DNA from: Guillardia theta nucleomorph
Taxonomy: Eukaryota; Protista; Cryptophyta
DNA: 32,000 nt
NCBI GenBank assembly: GCA_000002975.1
Contig: AF083031.2
Span: forward strand, 30,001 to 62,000
Reading direction: 5' to 3'
Shown here one piece after another: positions 1 to 9,391 of this stretch. The first letter of the stretch is position 1. Each line of letters begins with the position of its first letter. The notes under the pieces were generated by a model. It was not told where the DNA came from. It saw only the letters and a program-made list of their open reading frames with translations, and did no database searches. The translations under genes and the position numbers were made by a program.

Positions 1-257
1 GACAAGAAGCACAAAGATTGGGTAGAATTTTAAGACCTAAAACTAAATCAAAAAATGCTTTTTTTTATTCGTTAATAAGTTCAAGTACAGAGGAAATATA
101 TTATTCTTCAAAAAGACAACAGTTCTTAATAAGTCAAGGATATGATTTTAAAACTATTACTAATTTTGAATCTTTTAATATTTCAAAAAAATTAAACCAA
201 CATGAAAGTTTAAAAAAAACTGAAATTTTGTCTCAAATTCTATATAATAACAAATAA
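1..257 (+). CDS. rad25: TFIIH helicase XPB/Rad25, 3' end (partial)
   Basis: The frame from position 3 reads QEAQRLGRILRPK...AFFYSLIS..TEE.YYSSKRQQFLISQGY, which is XPB helicase motif VI plus the conserved C-terminal block. Confidence 0.93.
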   Translation, partial: QEAQRLGRILRPKTKSKNAFFYSLISSSTEEIYYSSKRQQFLISQGYDFKTITNFESFNISKKLNQHESLKKTEILSQILYNNK

Positions 258-279
258 TAATTTTTTAATTGTGTTATAA

Positions 280-954
280 ATGATATTAACTTATTCCTAT
301 ATGTACAGATTAAAAAAAAAAAAAAGATCACAAATTCAGTACGTAGATCATTCAAACTATTCTTTTTTTTTTTATCTCAATCTTTGTTTGAATAATGATT
401 ATTCACTATTAACATTTTTTTTTTTGAATATTTTCAAAAAATTATATAAGAATGATTATTTTATTCTTAAAAATAATAAAAATATGTTAAGCAATGAATA
501 TGGATTATTTTTTAAAATCTTTGTATTTATTGATAAACAATTCAAAAATTTCAAAAATTTTAGTTTGGGAGAATTTATTATATGGATATGTAAAAAAGAG
601 CAAACCGCAGTAGTTAGTAGTATTTTCATACTTATATTAAAAATTTATAACGCTGATTATAAAAATTTCTTTTGGAATAACCTATTACTGTTTAAACTTT
701 CTAAAATTTTAATATATTTTACTACCTTTCTTATATTAGAAAATATCTTAAATCATATTGATTATCTAAATGTATCAAATATAAAATCATATATCATAAC
801 CAAGAAATTCAATATCATTAAAGCTAGTGAGATTTTGAAGAATTATTTCAGTAATAATTATTTCATAAAAAAAAAATGTTTGATTATATATGAAAATTTG
901 AATTTTATTTTTTTGAAAAATATCATTATCTTAAACTTAATTGTTTCACTTTAA
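280..954 (+). CDS. Hypothetical protein, 224 aa (F/I/N/K/Y-rich orphan)
   Basis: ATG-initiated ORF that fills the gap between rad25 and rad51. No motif recognised. Confidence 0.6.
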   Translation: MILTYSYMYRLKKKKRSQIQYVDHSNYSFFFYLNLCLNNDYSLLTFFFLNIFKKLYKNDYFILKNNKNMLSNEYGLFFKIFVFIDKQFKNFKNFSLGEFIIWICKKEQTAVVSSIFILILKIYNADYKNFFWNNLLLFKLSKILIYFTTFLILENILNHIDYLNVSNIKSYIITKKFNIIKASEILKNYFSNNYFIKKKCLIIYENLNFIFLKNIIILNLIVSL

Positions 955-975
955 AAATAAATTTTCATTTAAAAA

Positions 976-1971
976 TTAAGCAACGGAATCACCGATTCCT
1001 GCCTCAGAAATAGAAAATAAACATTCTCCATTAGGTAAATTGGGTGAATCGTAAATTTTACATATTCTGTTAACTCCTTTTCCTTTTTTAAGATATAATC
1101 TCGTCTGGGATGCATGTGCAACAATGTTCCCCCCGACAGGCTTTTTTGGATCTGTCATAAAACTTGAGTTTCCATCTACTTGGGCAATCACTTGATTTGT
1201 TATCAAAACTGCAACTCCGAATTCATCAGCTAATCTTTGTAGACTTCTTAAAAATCTAGCCATATGTTGTTGTCTTGAAGCTAACTCACCTCTTCCTGTA
1301 TAATCAGTACGATATAATGATGTTGCGGAATCTATTACTAACAGTGCATATCTACTTTCAGACATGAGAGCAGAAGCTTGATTTAATAATTCTAACTGAT
1401 GATCAGTATTGTAGGCCCTTGCATAAGCAATATTGTCTAAAACATCTTGTCTATTAAGGTTAAATCTATCTGCTATAGAAACTATCCTTTCAGGCCTAAA
1501 AGTACCCTCTGTGTCGATATAAAGAGCTCTACCTTCACCTCCACCTTTAGAAACAGATAATTGACATGTTACACATAATGTATGACACAATTGTGTCTTT
1601 CCGGTTCTAAACTCTCCAAATACTTCGGTAATACTTCCCGTTTCTATCCCTCCTCCCAATATTTTATCCAATTCTTTTGAACCACTTGTAAGATATATCA
1701 AATCCTGTCTTATTTTGTAGCATTCTGTGGCAGAACAAAAACCTAGTGGTACAAGTCTAGACACTTCTAATAGAATTTTTTCAGCTTTTAATTCAGATAT
1801 GCCTCTTATTTCAATCAATTTCTTTTTAGGTATATAGGCTAATGATTCTATTGTATGGAATCCGGAATCTTGAAGTTTCTTTATATCAGTTAAAGATATT
1901 CCTTTTGATTCCAATATCGATATATGTTTCCATTGTTCGTTAGAAGTAGAAGGCATCTCTATATTGTTCAT
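976..1971 (-). CDS. rad51: DNA recombinase Rad51
   Basis: GEFRTGKT Walker [24 protein letters not shown] and [36 protein letters not shown], which is Rad51-type rather than Dmc1-type. Confidence 0.97.
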   Translation of the reverse strand: MNNIEMPSTSNEQWKHISILESKGISLTDIKKLQDSGFHTIESLAYIPKKKLIEIRGISELKAEKILLEVSRLVPLGFCSATECYKIRQDLIYLTSGSKELDKILGGGIETGSITEVFGEFRTGKTQLCHTLCVTCQLSVSKGGGEGRALYIDTEGTFRPERIVSIADRFNLNRQDVLDNIAYARAYNTDHQLELLNQASALMSESRYALLVIDSATSLYRTDYTGRGELASRQQHMARFLRSLQRLADEFGVAVLITNQVIAQVDGNSSFMTDPKKPVGGNIVAHASQTRLYLKKGKGVNRICKIYDSPNLPNGECLFSISEAGIGDSVA

Positions 1972-2012
1972 AGGTTATCACTAGGGTTCCTAAATATTTT
2001 ATAAATTTATTT

Positions 2013-3077
2013 ATGTCACTTGTTGGAAATCAGAGATACTCAGTTATAGGACGCGTTGTAGGAAGCGGATCATTTGGAGTTGTTTTTCAAGCAAAATGTA
2101 GATCAAATGAAGAAACAGTTGCAATTAAAAAAGTTTTTCAAGACGACAGGTATGAAAACAGAGAAGTTGAGATAATGTCCATGTTGGTTCATTCAAATAT
2201 TTTAGATTTAAAACACTGTTTTAATTTTTCTGAAGGAAATGATTTATATTATAATCTTGAATTAGAATTTTTTGCTGAAAATATACATAGAGTATGCCAA
2301 CATTATTCAAATCATAAACAAACCTTACCTACGATTTATGTCAAGTTATACATGTATCAGGTACTTAGAGCATTAGGATACCTTCATTCGATGGGGATAT
2401 GTCATAGAGATATTAAACCACAAAATTTATTGATAGATCCTGCTACACAACATTTAAAATTAGGTGACTTTGGATCAGCAAAATTATTAACTCTTAATGA
2501 ACCCTCTATATCATATATTTGTTCACGTTATTACAGAGCGCCTGAGTTACTGTTAGGGGCAATTGATTACACTAATAGCATCGATATGTGGTCAGTTGGT
2601 TGTGTTATGGGAGAACTTGTCATTGGATTTCCTTTTTTTAGAGGAGAAAGCGGAACAGATCAACTTGTTGAAATAATTAAAGTATTAGGCACTCCGACGA
2701 AAGCTCAAGTGCGAGCAATGAACAACGACTATTTGGAATTTCAGTTTCCTAGATTATCTTCTCACCCTTGGGAAAACGTATTTCATGGAAAACATTTAGA
2801 GCCTGAAGCAATAGACTTGATACACAAAATGTTAGATTATTTACCTTCACGACGAATTACAGCGATTAAAGCAATATCACATCCTTTTTTTAAACAATTA
2901 AAAATTAAAGGGGCAAAATTGCCAAATTCAAAGAATCTTCCATTGTTATTTGATTTTTCGAAAAAAGAATTTGAATATTCATCTCGATTCACGACCGAAA
3001 TTTCTACCCAAAAGTATTTATTATTTTATTGTAAATCATTTCTATGTAAATGGTATTTTGGAATATCTATCTGTTAA
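2013..3077 (+). CDS. GSK3/shaggy-like Ser/Thr kinase
   Basis: GSGSFGVVFQA, VAIKKV, HRDIKPQN, DFGSAK, SYICSRYYRAPE and GESGTDQLVEIIKVLGTPT. Confidence 0.96.
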   Translation: MSLVGNQRYSVIGRVVGSGSFGVVFQAKCRSNEETVAIKKVFQDDRYENREVEIMSMLVHSNILDLKHCFNFSEGNDLYYNLELEFFAENIHRVCQHYSNHKQTLPTIYVKLYMYQVLRALGYLHSMGICHRDIKPQNLLIDPATQHLKLGDFGSAKLLTLNEPSISYICSRYYRAPELLLGAIDYTNSIDMWSVGCVMGELVIGFPFFRGESGTDQLVEIIKVLGTPTKAQVRAMNNDYLEFQFPRLSSHPWENVFHGKHLEPEAIDLIHKMLDYLPSRRITAIKAISHPFFKQLKIKGAKLPNSKNLPLLFDFSKKEFEYSSRFTTEISTQKYLLFYCKSFLCKWYFGISIC

Positions 3078-3110
3078 AAAATTTATATATTTTAATAAAT
3101 TATTAACTTA

Positions 3111-3814
3111 ATGTTTATCAATGTCTATTTGATTAAATCATTTAAAATCAAAAAATATTCTAATACAAGAATTTATAGTAATATTTGTTCAAAAATGTCA
3201 ATGAAAAAAAATTACAAACTAATATTATATTCAGAAAACTCGATAATGTTTAATCTTTATACAAATGTTATGTCATTAAAAACTACAAAGAATTATTTTA
3301 GAAAACACATTTTAGATTCATTGTCCCTAGTACTTTTATCAATAGTTTCTACCTGAGAAACACAGAATGTAATATTATTGACATTGGTTCTGGAAGTGGC
3401 ATACCTGGTATAATTATTTCAATAAGTTTTCTAAATTTTTTTTCAATATTAATAGATTCCGTTATGAAAAAAACTGTTTTTCAAAAAAAGATTAAAAACA
3501 TATTATACCTAAAAAATTTTTTTCCTTTATGTGCTAGAATTGAAAAATTAAAAACTATTAAAGGGAAAATACAAATTAATTTCATTTTTTCAAGAGCGTT
3601 TAGTGACTTGAAATCTTCGATATTGTATATATCAGATTTTGATGAAAAAATTACAAAAAGTTTGTTTTTAAAAAAGATTGAAAGTTCTAACAAAGAATTC
3701 TCTTCTTCATTAGCAAATCTTAACGATTTTAAATATAAAATAAAAGTATTAGTCAAAATTGATAAAAAGAGTAAAGGTAGAATGCTTGTGATGATTGAAA
3801 AATCCAATCTTTAA
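3111..3814 (+). pseudogene. gidB: GidB/RsmG 16S rRNA m7G methyltransferase (plastid-type), split by a -1 frameshift near 3330-3340; pseudogene or sequence error
   Basis: The frame from 3111 gives NLYTNVMSLK...RKHILDSLSL and stops at TGA 3354-3356. The -1 frame continues FINSFYLRNTECNIIDIGSGSGIPGI...LIDSVMKKTVF...ARIE...SRAF to 3814. An N-terminal extension precedes the domain. Confidence 0.85.
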
Positions 3815-3849
3815 TAAAGTAAATAATTCAATAAAATCATTATAATTAA

Positions 3850-5646
3850 ATGTTATTGTTATCTTCAGAAAATGTATCTGACAGAATTGCAGTAATTAGA
3901 GAAGATAAATGCAATCCAAACAAATGTAATAAAGAGTGTAAAAAAAATTGCCCTGTCGAAAAGGCTGGAAAACTTTGCATTAAAATTGAAGATTCGAATA
4001 ATATTGTAAATATTCATGAAATTAACTGCATAGGCTGTGGAATTTGTGTAAAAAAATGTCCATATGATGCAATAAAAATAATAAATTTACCTTTTATGAA
4101 AAAAAAACCAATTCATTCATTTGGATTGAATTCTTTTCGTTTATATTCATTACCAATTCCTAAAAAGAATTTGATTATAGGTTTAATTGGTGCAAACGGT
4201 ATTGGAAAATCTACTTCATTTAAAATTATTGCAGGTGAACTTTACCCTAATTTTGGAGAAATAGGTAAAAAAAATAGCTATAAAGAAACAGTTAAACTCT
4301 TTAAAGGAAGTGAACTGTTTTATTTTTTTCAAGAATTTGAAAAAAAAAAAATTACAGTTTCAATTAAAACTCAAAATGTCGAAAAACTAAGAGAAACTTT
4401 TAATGGAAAAGTAAAAGAAAACATTAAAAATTATTATGATCTGTTCAACTTATTAGATTTGTCAATTTATGATGATATATTAGAAAAAGATATTGAATTT
4501 TTATCAGGTGGAGAACTCCAAAAATTTGCAATGTTAAAAACATTTATTGAAAATAGTGATATTTTACTGATTGATGAATTTACATCTTTTTTAGATATTA
4601 AACAACGAATTGAAATGACAAACTTCATTAAAATGTTTCACAAATTGAATCAAAATAAATATTGTATAACAATAGATCATGATTTGACAATAATTGAATT
4701 CTTATCAGATATGATTTCAATAACTTATGGCGAATCTGGAGGATATGGTAATATATCATTGCAATATAAACCCAAGGATGCTCTAAATATGTATTTTGAT
4801 GGATATTTGCCTTCTGAAAACATCAGGTTTAGACCATTTTCATTTGAATTTTCGATTAGAAATAAATCAGTAAATTCTATATCATCTAAAAAAATACAAA
4901 TAGAATATGAAAATATGAATATTAAACTTGGAAAACTTAAATTAAATATTAAATCAGGTACTTTGAATAAATCTGAATCAATAATTTTTTTAGGTGAAAA
5001 TGGAAAAGGGAAAACTAGTTTATTGAAAATTTTTGCAGGAATTCTAAAAACAGAAAAATATGAAATTTTTAAAAAAAATCAAATTTCATACAAACCTCAA
5101 ATGATATCCCCCAGATTCATTGGAACGGTTGAAGAGCTTTTTATTAAAAAAATTCCATTCGTTTTCACTGATGAATATCTAAAGGATTTGTTAATAAAAC
5201 CATTAAAAATAAATTCTTTGTTAAAAAAAGATCTTTCTTATTTATCTGGTGGAGAATTACAAAGAATCGCAATAACTTTATGTTTGGCTCAAGATGCAGA
5301 TTTATATCTAATCGATGAGCCATCAGCATATTTGGATATAGATCAAAGAATTGTTATATCAAAAATAATAAGAAAAATGTGTTCAAATTCTAATAAAACT
5401 TTTTTGATAATAGAACATGATTTTTTAATGGCAAGCTCAATAGGTGATAAAGTTATTAATTTTAAACCAGAAAATTCAACTTTAATAGAAGTTTCATCTC
5501 CAATTGAAATTAATCGAGGTATTAATGAATTTCTTGAAATAATGGAAATAACATATAGAAGTGATTCGATGACTAATAGACCTAGAATTAATTCAAAAAA
5601 TTCGCTAATTGACAGAGAACAGAAAAAACAAAAAAAATTTTTTTAG
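3850..5646 (+). CDS. rli1: ABCE1/Rli1 ribosome-recycling ATPase
   Basis: N-terminal Fe-S motifs CNPNKCNKECKKNCP and CIGCGICVKKCP; two ABC domains (GANGIGKS, LSGGELQ, GENGKGKT, DEPSAYLD). Confidence 0.97.
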   Translation: MLLLSSENVSDRIAVIREDKCNPNKCNKECKKNCPVEKAGKLCIKIEDSNNIVNIHEINCIGCGICVKKCPYDAIKIINLPFMKKKPIHSFGLNSFRLYSLPIPKKNLIIGLIGANGIGKSTSFKIIAGELYPNFGEIGKKNSYKETVKLFKGSELFYFFQEFEKKKITVSIKTQNVEKLRETFNGKVKENIKNYYDLFNLLDLSIYDDILEKDIEFLSGGELQKFAMLKTFIENSDILLIDEFTSFLDIKQRIEMTNFIKMFHKLNQNKYCITIDHDLTIIEFLSDMISITYGESGGYGNISLQYKPKDALNMYFDGYLPSENIRFRPFSFEFSIRNKSVNSISSKKIQIEYENMNIKLGKLKLNIKSGTLNKSESIIFLGENGKGKTSLLKIFAGILKTEKYEIFKKNQISYKPQMISPRFIGTVEELFIKKIPFVFTDEYLKDLLIKPLKINSLLKKDLSYLSGGELQRIAITLCLAQDADLYLIDEPSAYLDIDQRIVISKIIRKMCSNSNKTFLIIEHDFLMASSIGDKVINFKPENSTLIEVSSPIEINRGINEFLEIMEITYRSDSMTNRPRINSKNSLIDREQKKQKKFF

Positions 5647-5669
5647 CAGGTTGCGCTTAATTTAATATA

Positions 5670-5984
5670 ATGTGGGGTGACGGAAACGTTTCGGTTATAT
5701 CATGTATACTATCGATATTAATTTTGAAAGAAAACAAAATTAAAATAACAAAGGATTTAATATCATTAGTTCTAAAAACATCTAATAATAACGTTGAAGA
5801 TTATTTTTTGTCATATTTTGAAAGAATCTCTGCTTCTTTGGATGAAAAAGAATCAGATTCTGTGAAAAAAAACGAAAATACAAATGTTAATATTGAAAAT
5901 AATAATAAAATTGAAAATAAAAAAATCGTAGAAAAAGAAAAAGAAGAATCTGATATGGATTTAGGAATTGGACTATTTGATTGA
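5670..5984 (+). CDS. rla1: 60S acidic ribosomal stalk protein P1
   Basis: N-terminal SCILSILIL..KIKIT motif and C-terminal EESDMDLGIGLFD. Confidence 0.9.
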   Translation: MWGDGNVSVISCILSILILKENKIKITKDLISLVLKTSNNNVEDYFLSYFERISASLDEKESDSVKKNENTNVNIENNNKIENKKIVEKEKEESDMDLGIGLFD

Positions 5985-6046
5985 AAAAATTTAAATTAAT
6001 TATTAACGTAATTTTATTAAATATTATTAATAATTATTAATTAAAA

Positions 6047-6979
6047 ATGAAAAATGTAATGTTAATTGTCATAGACAAACCAATAGGACTAAATTCAATT
6101 GAATTGATAAAAATATTAAACTCCAAATTTCCATCATATGCTATTTTTAATATAAATTATCTTAATACTAATACTAGCGGTTGTGTTATTTACAGTATTT
6201 TTGATTATTCAAATAAATTTAAAGAAATTTTAAATGAAATTTTGAAAGAATTTATTATATTTATAAATTTAAAAATTTTTTGTTATAATCTTTTAATAAA
6301 AAAAATAATCAGTTTTTCTTTATTAAAAAACAATACAATGATAAGAAATTCAATAAAATTTTTAAGGGTCATCAATAAAATTTTTCTTTCGTTAATAGAG
6401 ATTCAAACTATTGATAGATTTATAATTTTCATCATTTCAAGTTACAATAATTTATGTTACAATTCTATATTTCAAGTTATCAAAACAATATTTGGAAATA
6501 ATCTAAACTACTTAGAATATAGACAAGTAAAAATTGGATCTATTTCTGAAGATAATTTTTCTATAACCTTTTATGAATTCTTAGACATATTATCAATTCA
6601 TTTTTTTTACAAAAATACTAAAGTAGTTGAAAATGTGATAATTAGTCTTGAGAGTATATATAGGTTTTTAAAAAAAGTGATAATAAAAAAATCATGCATT
6701 AACACAATATACTATGGTTCTAGAATATATGTACCAGGAATAATTAAAATCAGTAAGAGTTTAAAGAGTGGTGATAAAATAAAAATATTAGACATTGATA
6801 TGAATTTTATAGGAATAGGAAAATTGTATTTTACTCATAAATCTAAAAATTTCGTAAAGTTGCAAATTATTCCTTCAATAGTAACAAGTGATAAGAATTC
6901 AATAAAATATACTTGGAAATTCGGTAAAAAATCTATTTTTAGAAATTTAATATTTAAAACTAAAACATTTGAAATATAA
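6047..6979 (+). CDS. Divergent Cbf5/dyskerin-like protein (TruB + PUA domains), catalytic Asp replaced by Asn
   Basis: IDKP...S.E...YLNTNTSGC aligns without gaps to LDKPSNPSSHE...TLDPKVTGC. PUA-like KKVIIKKSCINTIYYGSRIYVPGI and C-terminal YTWKFGKKS are present. Confidence 0.8.
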   Translation: MKNVMLIVIDKPIGLNSIELIKILNSKFPSYAIFNINYLNTNTSGCVIYSIFDYSNKFKEILNEILKEFIIFINLKIFCYNLLIKKIISFSLLKNNTMIRNSIKFLRVINKIFLSLIEIQTIDRFIIFIISSYNNLCYNSIFQVIKTIFGNNLNYLEYRQVKIGSISEDNFSITFYEFLDILSIHFFYKNTKVVENVIISLESIYRFLKKVIIKKSCINTIYYGSRIYVPGIIKISKSLKSGDKIKILDIDMNFIGIGKLYFTHKSKNFVKLQIIPSIVTSDKNSIKYTWKFGKKSIFRNLIFKTKTFEI

Positions 6980-6984
6980 ATTTT

Positions 6985-7039
6985 ATTTCAGTAATAATTA
7001 TTGTCAAATATATCAAAGACTCTAGTCTGCATCATTTTA
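6985..7039 (-). ncRNA. Box C/D snoRNA, snR78/SNORD52-like (LSU rRNA Um2421, yeast numbering)
   Basis: Minus strand: box C ATGATG(C) 7035-7029, guide CAGACTAGAGTC 7029-7018 complementary to conserved LSU GACUCUAGUCUG, D' TTGA 7016-7013, C'-like TTGACAA, box D CTGA 6991-6988. The D'+5 rule lands on the U of GAC-U-CUAG. Confidence 0.85.
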
Positions 7040-7109
7040 TTTCTCACTAGTTAAAACAATGTAAAAAAAGTATTATAAAAGTTTATTAAAATAATGATAT
7101 TAAAAAATC

Positions 7110-8438
7110 ATGTTAAGTTTTGATAATCTACCTATTAATGAAAATTTAACAAGTAATTTAACTAGATTAGGTTATAAATTTTTGACTAAAGTACAAGAGT
7201 TGTGTTTTCCCTTAATAATTAACGGCAAAAATTTAATACTATCCAGTCCAACAGGATCAGGTAAAACCCTAGCTTTATTAATTCCAATAATAGAAAAATG
7301 CCATAGAATGCAATGGAATTTAAATGACGAAATGATTGGGTGTATTATTACTCCATCTAGGGAATTAAGTTTTCAAATTTTTGACATTTCAATCAATTTA
7401 ACTAAATTTTCACGAATAAAAATTTCTCTAGTTATTTCTAAAATTAATTGGAAATTAAAAAATAATTTTACTTTTATTATAGGAACACCAGGTTGTATTT
7501 TTCTTGTTTTTAAACAAGAGCAAAAAATAAACTATGGATCATTATATTTTTTGATGTGCGATGAATATGATAAAATTTTAGATCTAGGCTTTTTTAAGAT
7601 ACTATTTGCTATATTTAAAATGACATCGAATAAAAAGCAAATTTTGTTTTCAAGTGCATCTCTTAAAATTGATTTCAAAATTTTTCATAGTTTTGCAATT
7701 AACTTTCCAATCAATTTTCTAGATCTTAATAAAAAAAAGAGTTCAACCAAAATTAAAAATTTATGTGTTCCTATTTGTATAAGCCAATATTATATATTAA
7801 TTAAATTGGAAAATAAAACTAATTTCTTGAAGTTTTTCTTAGAATCTCATCTAAAAAAAAAAGGTATTATTTTTTTTTCATCAAAAGTACATGCAAAATT
7901 TTACTATGAAATTTTTTTAAAGATGAGAATAAAAACCAAACTAATTTTATTTATTAGTTTTAAGAATCAGAATAAAAGATTTCAAACTTTGATTAATTTT
8001 GATGAACTTGACAATGGATTTTTGTTTACTACCGAATTGCTATCAAGAGGAATAAATTTTAAAAATTTAGATTGGGTTATTCAAATTCCCAATTTTTTTA
8101 ATTTAAATGAATATATTCATAAAACGGGTAGAACAGGTAGACTTTATCAACATGGAAAATCTTTATTGGTTGTTTTTGAATATCAGCTTGATTTTATCAA
8201 CAAAATATTATATTCAGGTATTCCTATAACAAAACTTTCTACAAAAATTCCAGAGAAAGAATATTCGATAAACAGAATTAAAAAAATAATCAATGAAGAT
8301 TCTAATATAAAAACTTTATCGTTTAAATCTTTTTGTGAAGACGTGAAAGAATTAATTCTGAATGTGAATAAAATAAAAAAAGGTATTATTATTTCTTTTA
8401 TAAAAAATTTAGCCAAAAATTACGGAGTCGAATTGTAA
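7110..8438 (+). CDS. dbp4: DEAD-box RNA helicase Dbp4/DDX10
   Basis: SPTGSGKT, TPSRELSFQIF, DEYD, SAS, SRGINF and HKTGRTGR; the block FLESHLKKKGIIFFSS is typical of Dbp4. Confidence 0.85.
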   Translation: MLSFDNLPINENLTSNLTRLGYKFLTKVQELCFPLIINGKNLILSSPTGSGKTLALLIPIIEKCHRMQWNLNDEMIGCIITPSRELSFQIFDISINLTKFSRIKISLVISKINWKLKNNFTFIIGTPGCIFLVFKQEQKINYGSLYFLMCDEYDKILDLGFFKILFAIFKMTSNKKQILFSSASLKIDFKIFHSFAINFPINFLDLNKKKSSTKIKNLCVPICISQYYILIKLENKTNFLKFFLESHLKKKGIIFFSSKVHAKFYYEIFLKMRIKTKLILFISFKNQNKRFQTLINFDELDNGFLFTTELLSRGINFKNLDWVIQIPNFFNLNEYIHKTGRTGRLYQHGKSLLVVFEYQLDFINKILYSGIPITKLSTKIPEKEYSINRIKKIINEDSNIKTLSFKSFCEDVKELILNVNKIKKGIIISFIKNLAKNYGVEL

Positions 8439-8472
8439 GATATTAAACATTCGTGGTCCCTACATCTTAGAT

Positions 8473-9378
8473 ATGTTCACGTTTATATCTAATGTGTTAA
8501 ATTTTAAAGTTAATGTTAACGAAAATTTTAAAAGTTTAAATTACTGCAGCCACATTCTTAAAATAAGCTCAAAAGAAAATGTTGATTATGTGAAAATGAA
8601 TAAACTTCCCATTCAAATTGATTATAATAGCATTATTAAAAAATTTTCCAATGAAAAGTATGAAAATATCTTAAGTTTCGTAAAAATTAATCGTGAATTT
8701 TTTTCGTATCAATTACTTGTTCAACTTACTTTCCTTAAAATAAAACTTGAAAATGAATATGATGAATTCAATCAAATCGCTTCATTTTATAAACTTAGAA
8801 GTCATATTAACAAATCAATTAATTACATAGATCGTAATATAAATAATTTTATTTTGAAATCAGAGAAAATAATCAAAACTATGGTAGATAACGAATCCAT
8901 TGACTATATTGAAATTATAGGAGATATTGAATTAAATAGAATCTCTGTGAATGCATTTTGGATCGTTATAACATCTGCAATTATTGCATGGGAAGAAAAA
9001 ATAAAAAACGAGTCATACATTGATCAAAAAACTTATTTAAGATTACTCGACATAAAAAAAAACCTTTTCCAAAGCATTGAACATTCCCTTCTCATATCTC
9101 ATGAGTTAAAAATTCTTGATGCTAAACTTTTCAGTAAGGATGTAAATCATAATATTGAAATTTCCGACATCGAAGGTATACGGTTATTAATTACTATAGC
9201 TGAGAGATTACAAATCTCATCTTATGGTGTGTTAGTAAGAAGACTAAAATTAATTTTAGATGAAGTTAATCCTAAATATTATGGATTTAAATTTAATGAA
9301 TTGACAAATAATTCAGGATTTTTGAATATTAAAAAAACTGATGTACCGTCAAGACTTTCTAATATTAAAATTAAATAA
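8473..9378 (+). CDS. Hypothetical protein, 301 aa, possibly plastid-targeted
   Basis: Long ORF with ordinary globular composition. The start MFTFISN (Phe near the N-terminus, S/N-rich) resembles red-lineage transit peptides (inference). Confidence 0.75.
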   Translation: MFTFISNVLNFKVNVNENFKSLNYCSHILKISSKENVDYVKMNKLPIQIDYNSIIKKFSNEKYENILSFVKINREFFSYQLLVQLTFLKIKLENEYDEFNQIASFYKLRSHINKSINYIDRNINNFILKSEKIIKTMVDNESIDYIEIIGDIELNRISVNAFWIVITSAIIAWEEKIKNESYIDQKTYLRLLDIKKNLFQSIEHSLLISHELKILDAKLFSKDVNHNIEISDIEGIRLLITIAERLQISSYGVLVRRLKLILDEVNPKYYGFKFNELTNNSGFLNIKKTDVPSRLSNIKIK

Positions 9379-9391
9379 AACTTTATTTATT

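Noticed and set aside
3323-3357. GT-AG intron (23 or 35 nt) as a fix for the gidB frameshift
   Set aside because: The donor GTCCCT is unlike GTAAGT, the lengths are shorter than the 44-nt intron seen here, and splicing would remove conserved residues. The 16-nt GTAC...ATAG candidate gives the wrong frame.
3481-3807. Antisense 108-aa ORF
   Set aside because: Shadow of gidB; no motif.
8183-8416. Antisense 77-aa ORF
   Set aside because: Shadow within dbp4.
8453-8460. GTGGTCCC, matching the plant TCP class II binding site
   Set aside because: TCP factors are a streptophyte family and not expected here; single occurrence.
9341-9391. Extended rpb8 N-terminus overlapping ORF301
   Set aside because: RPB8 homology starts at Met 9392, so no overlap is needed.
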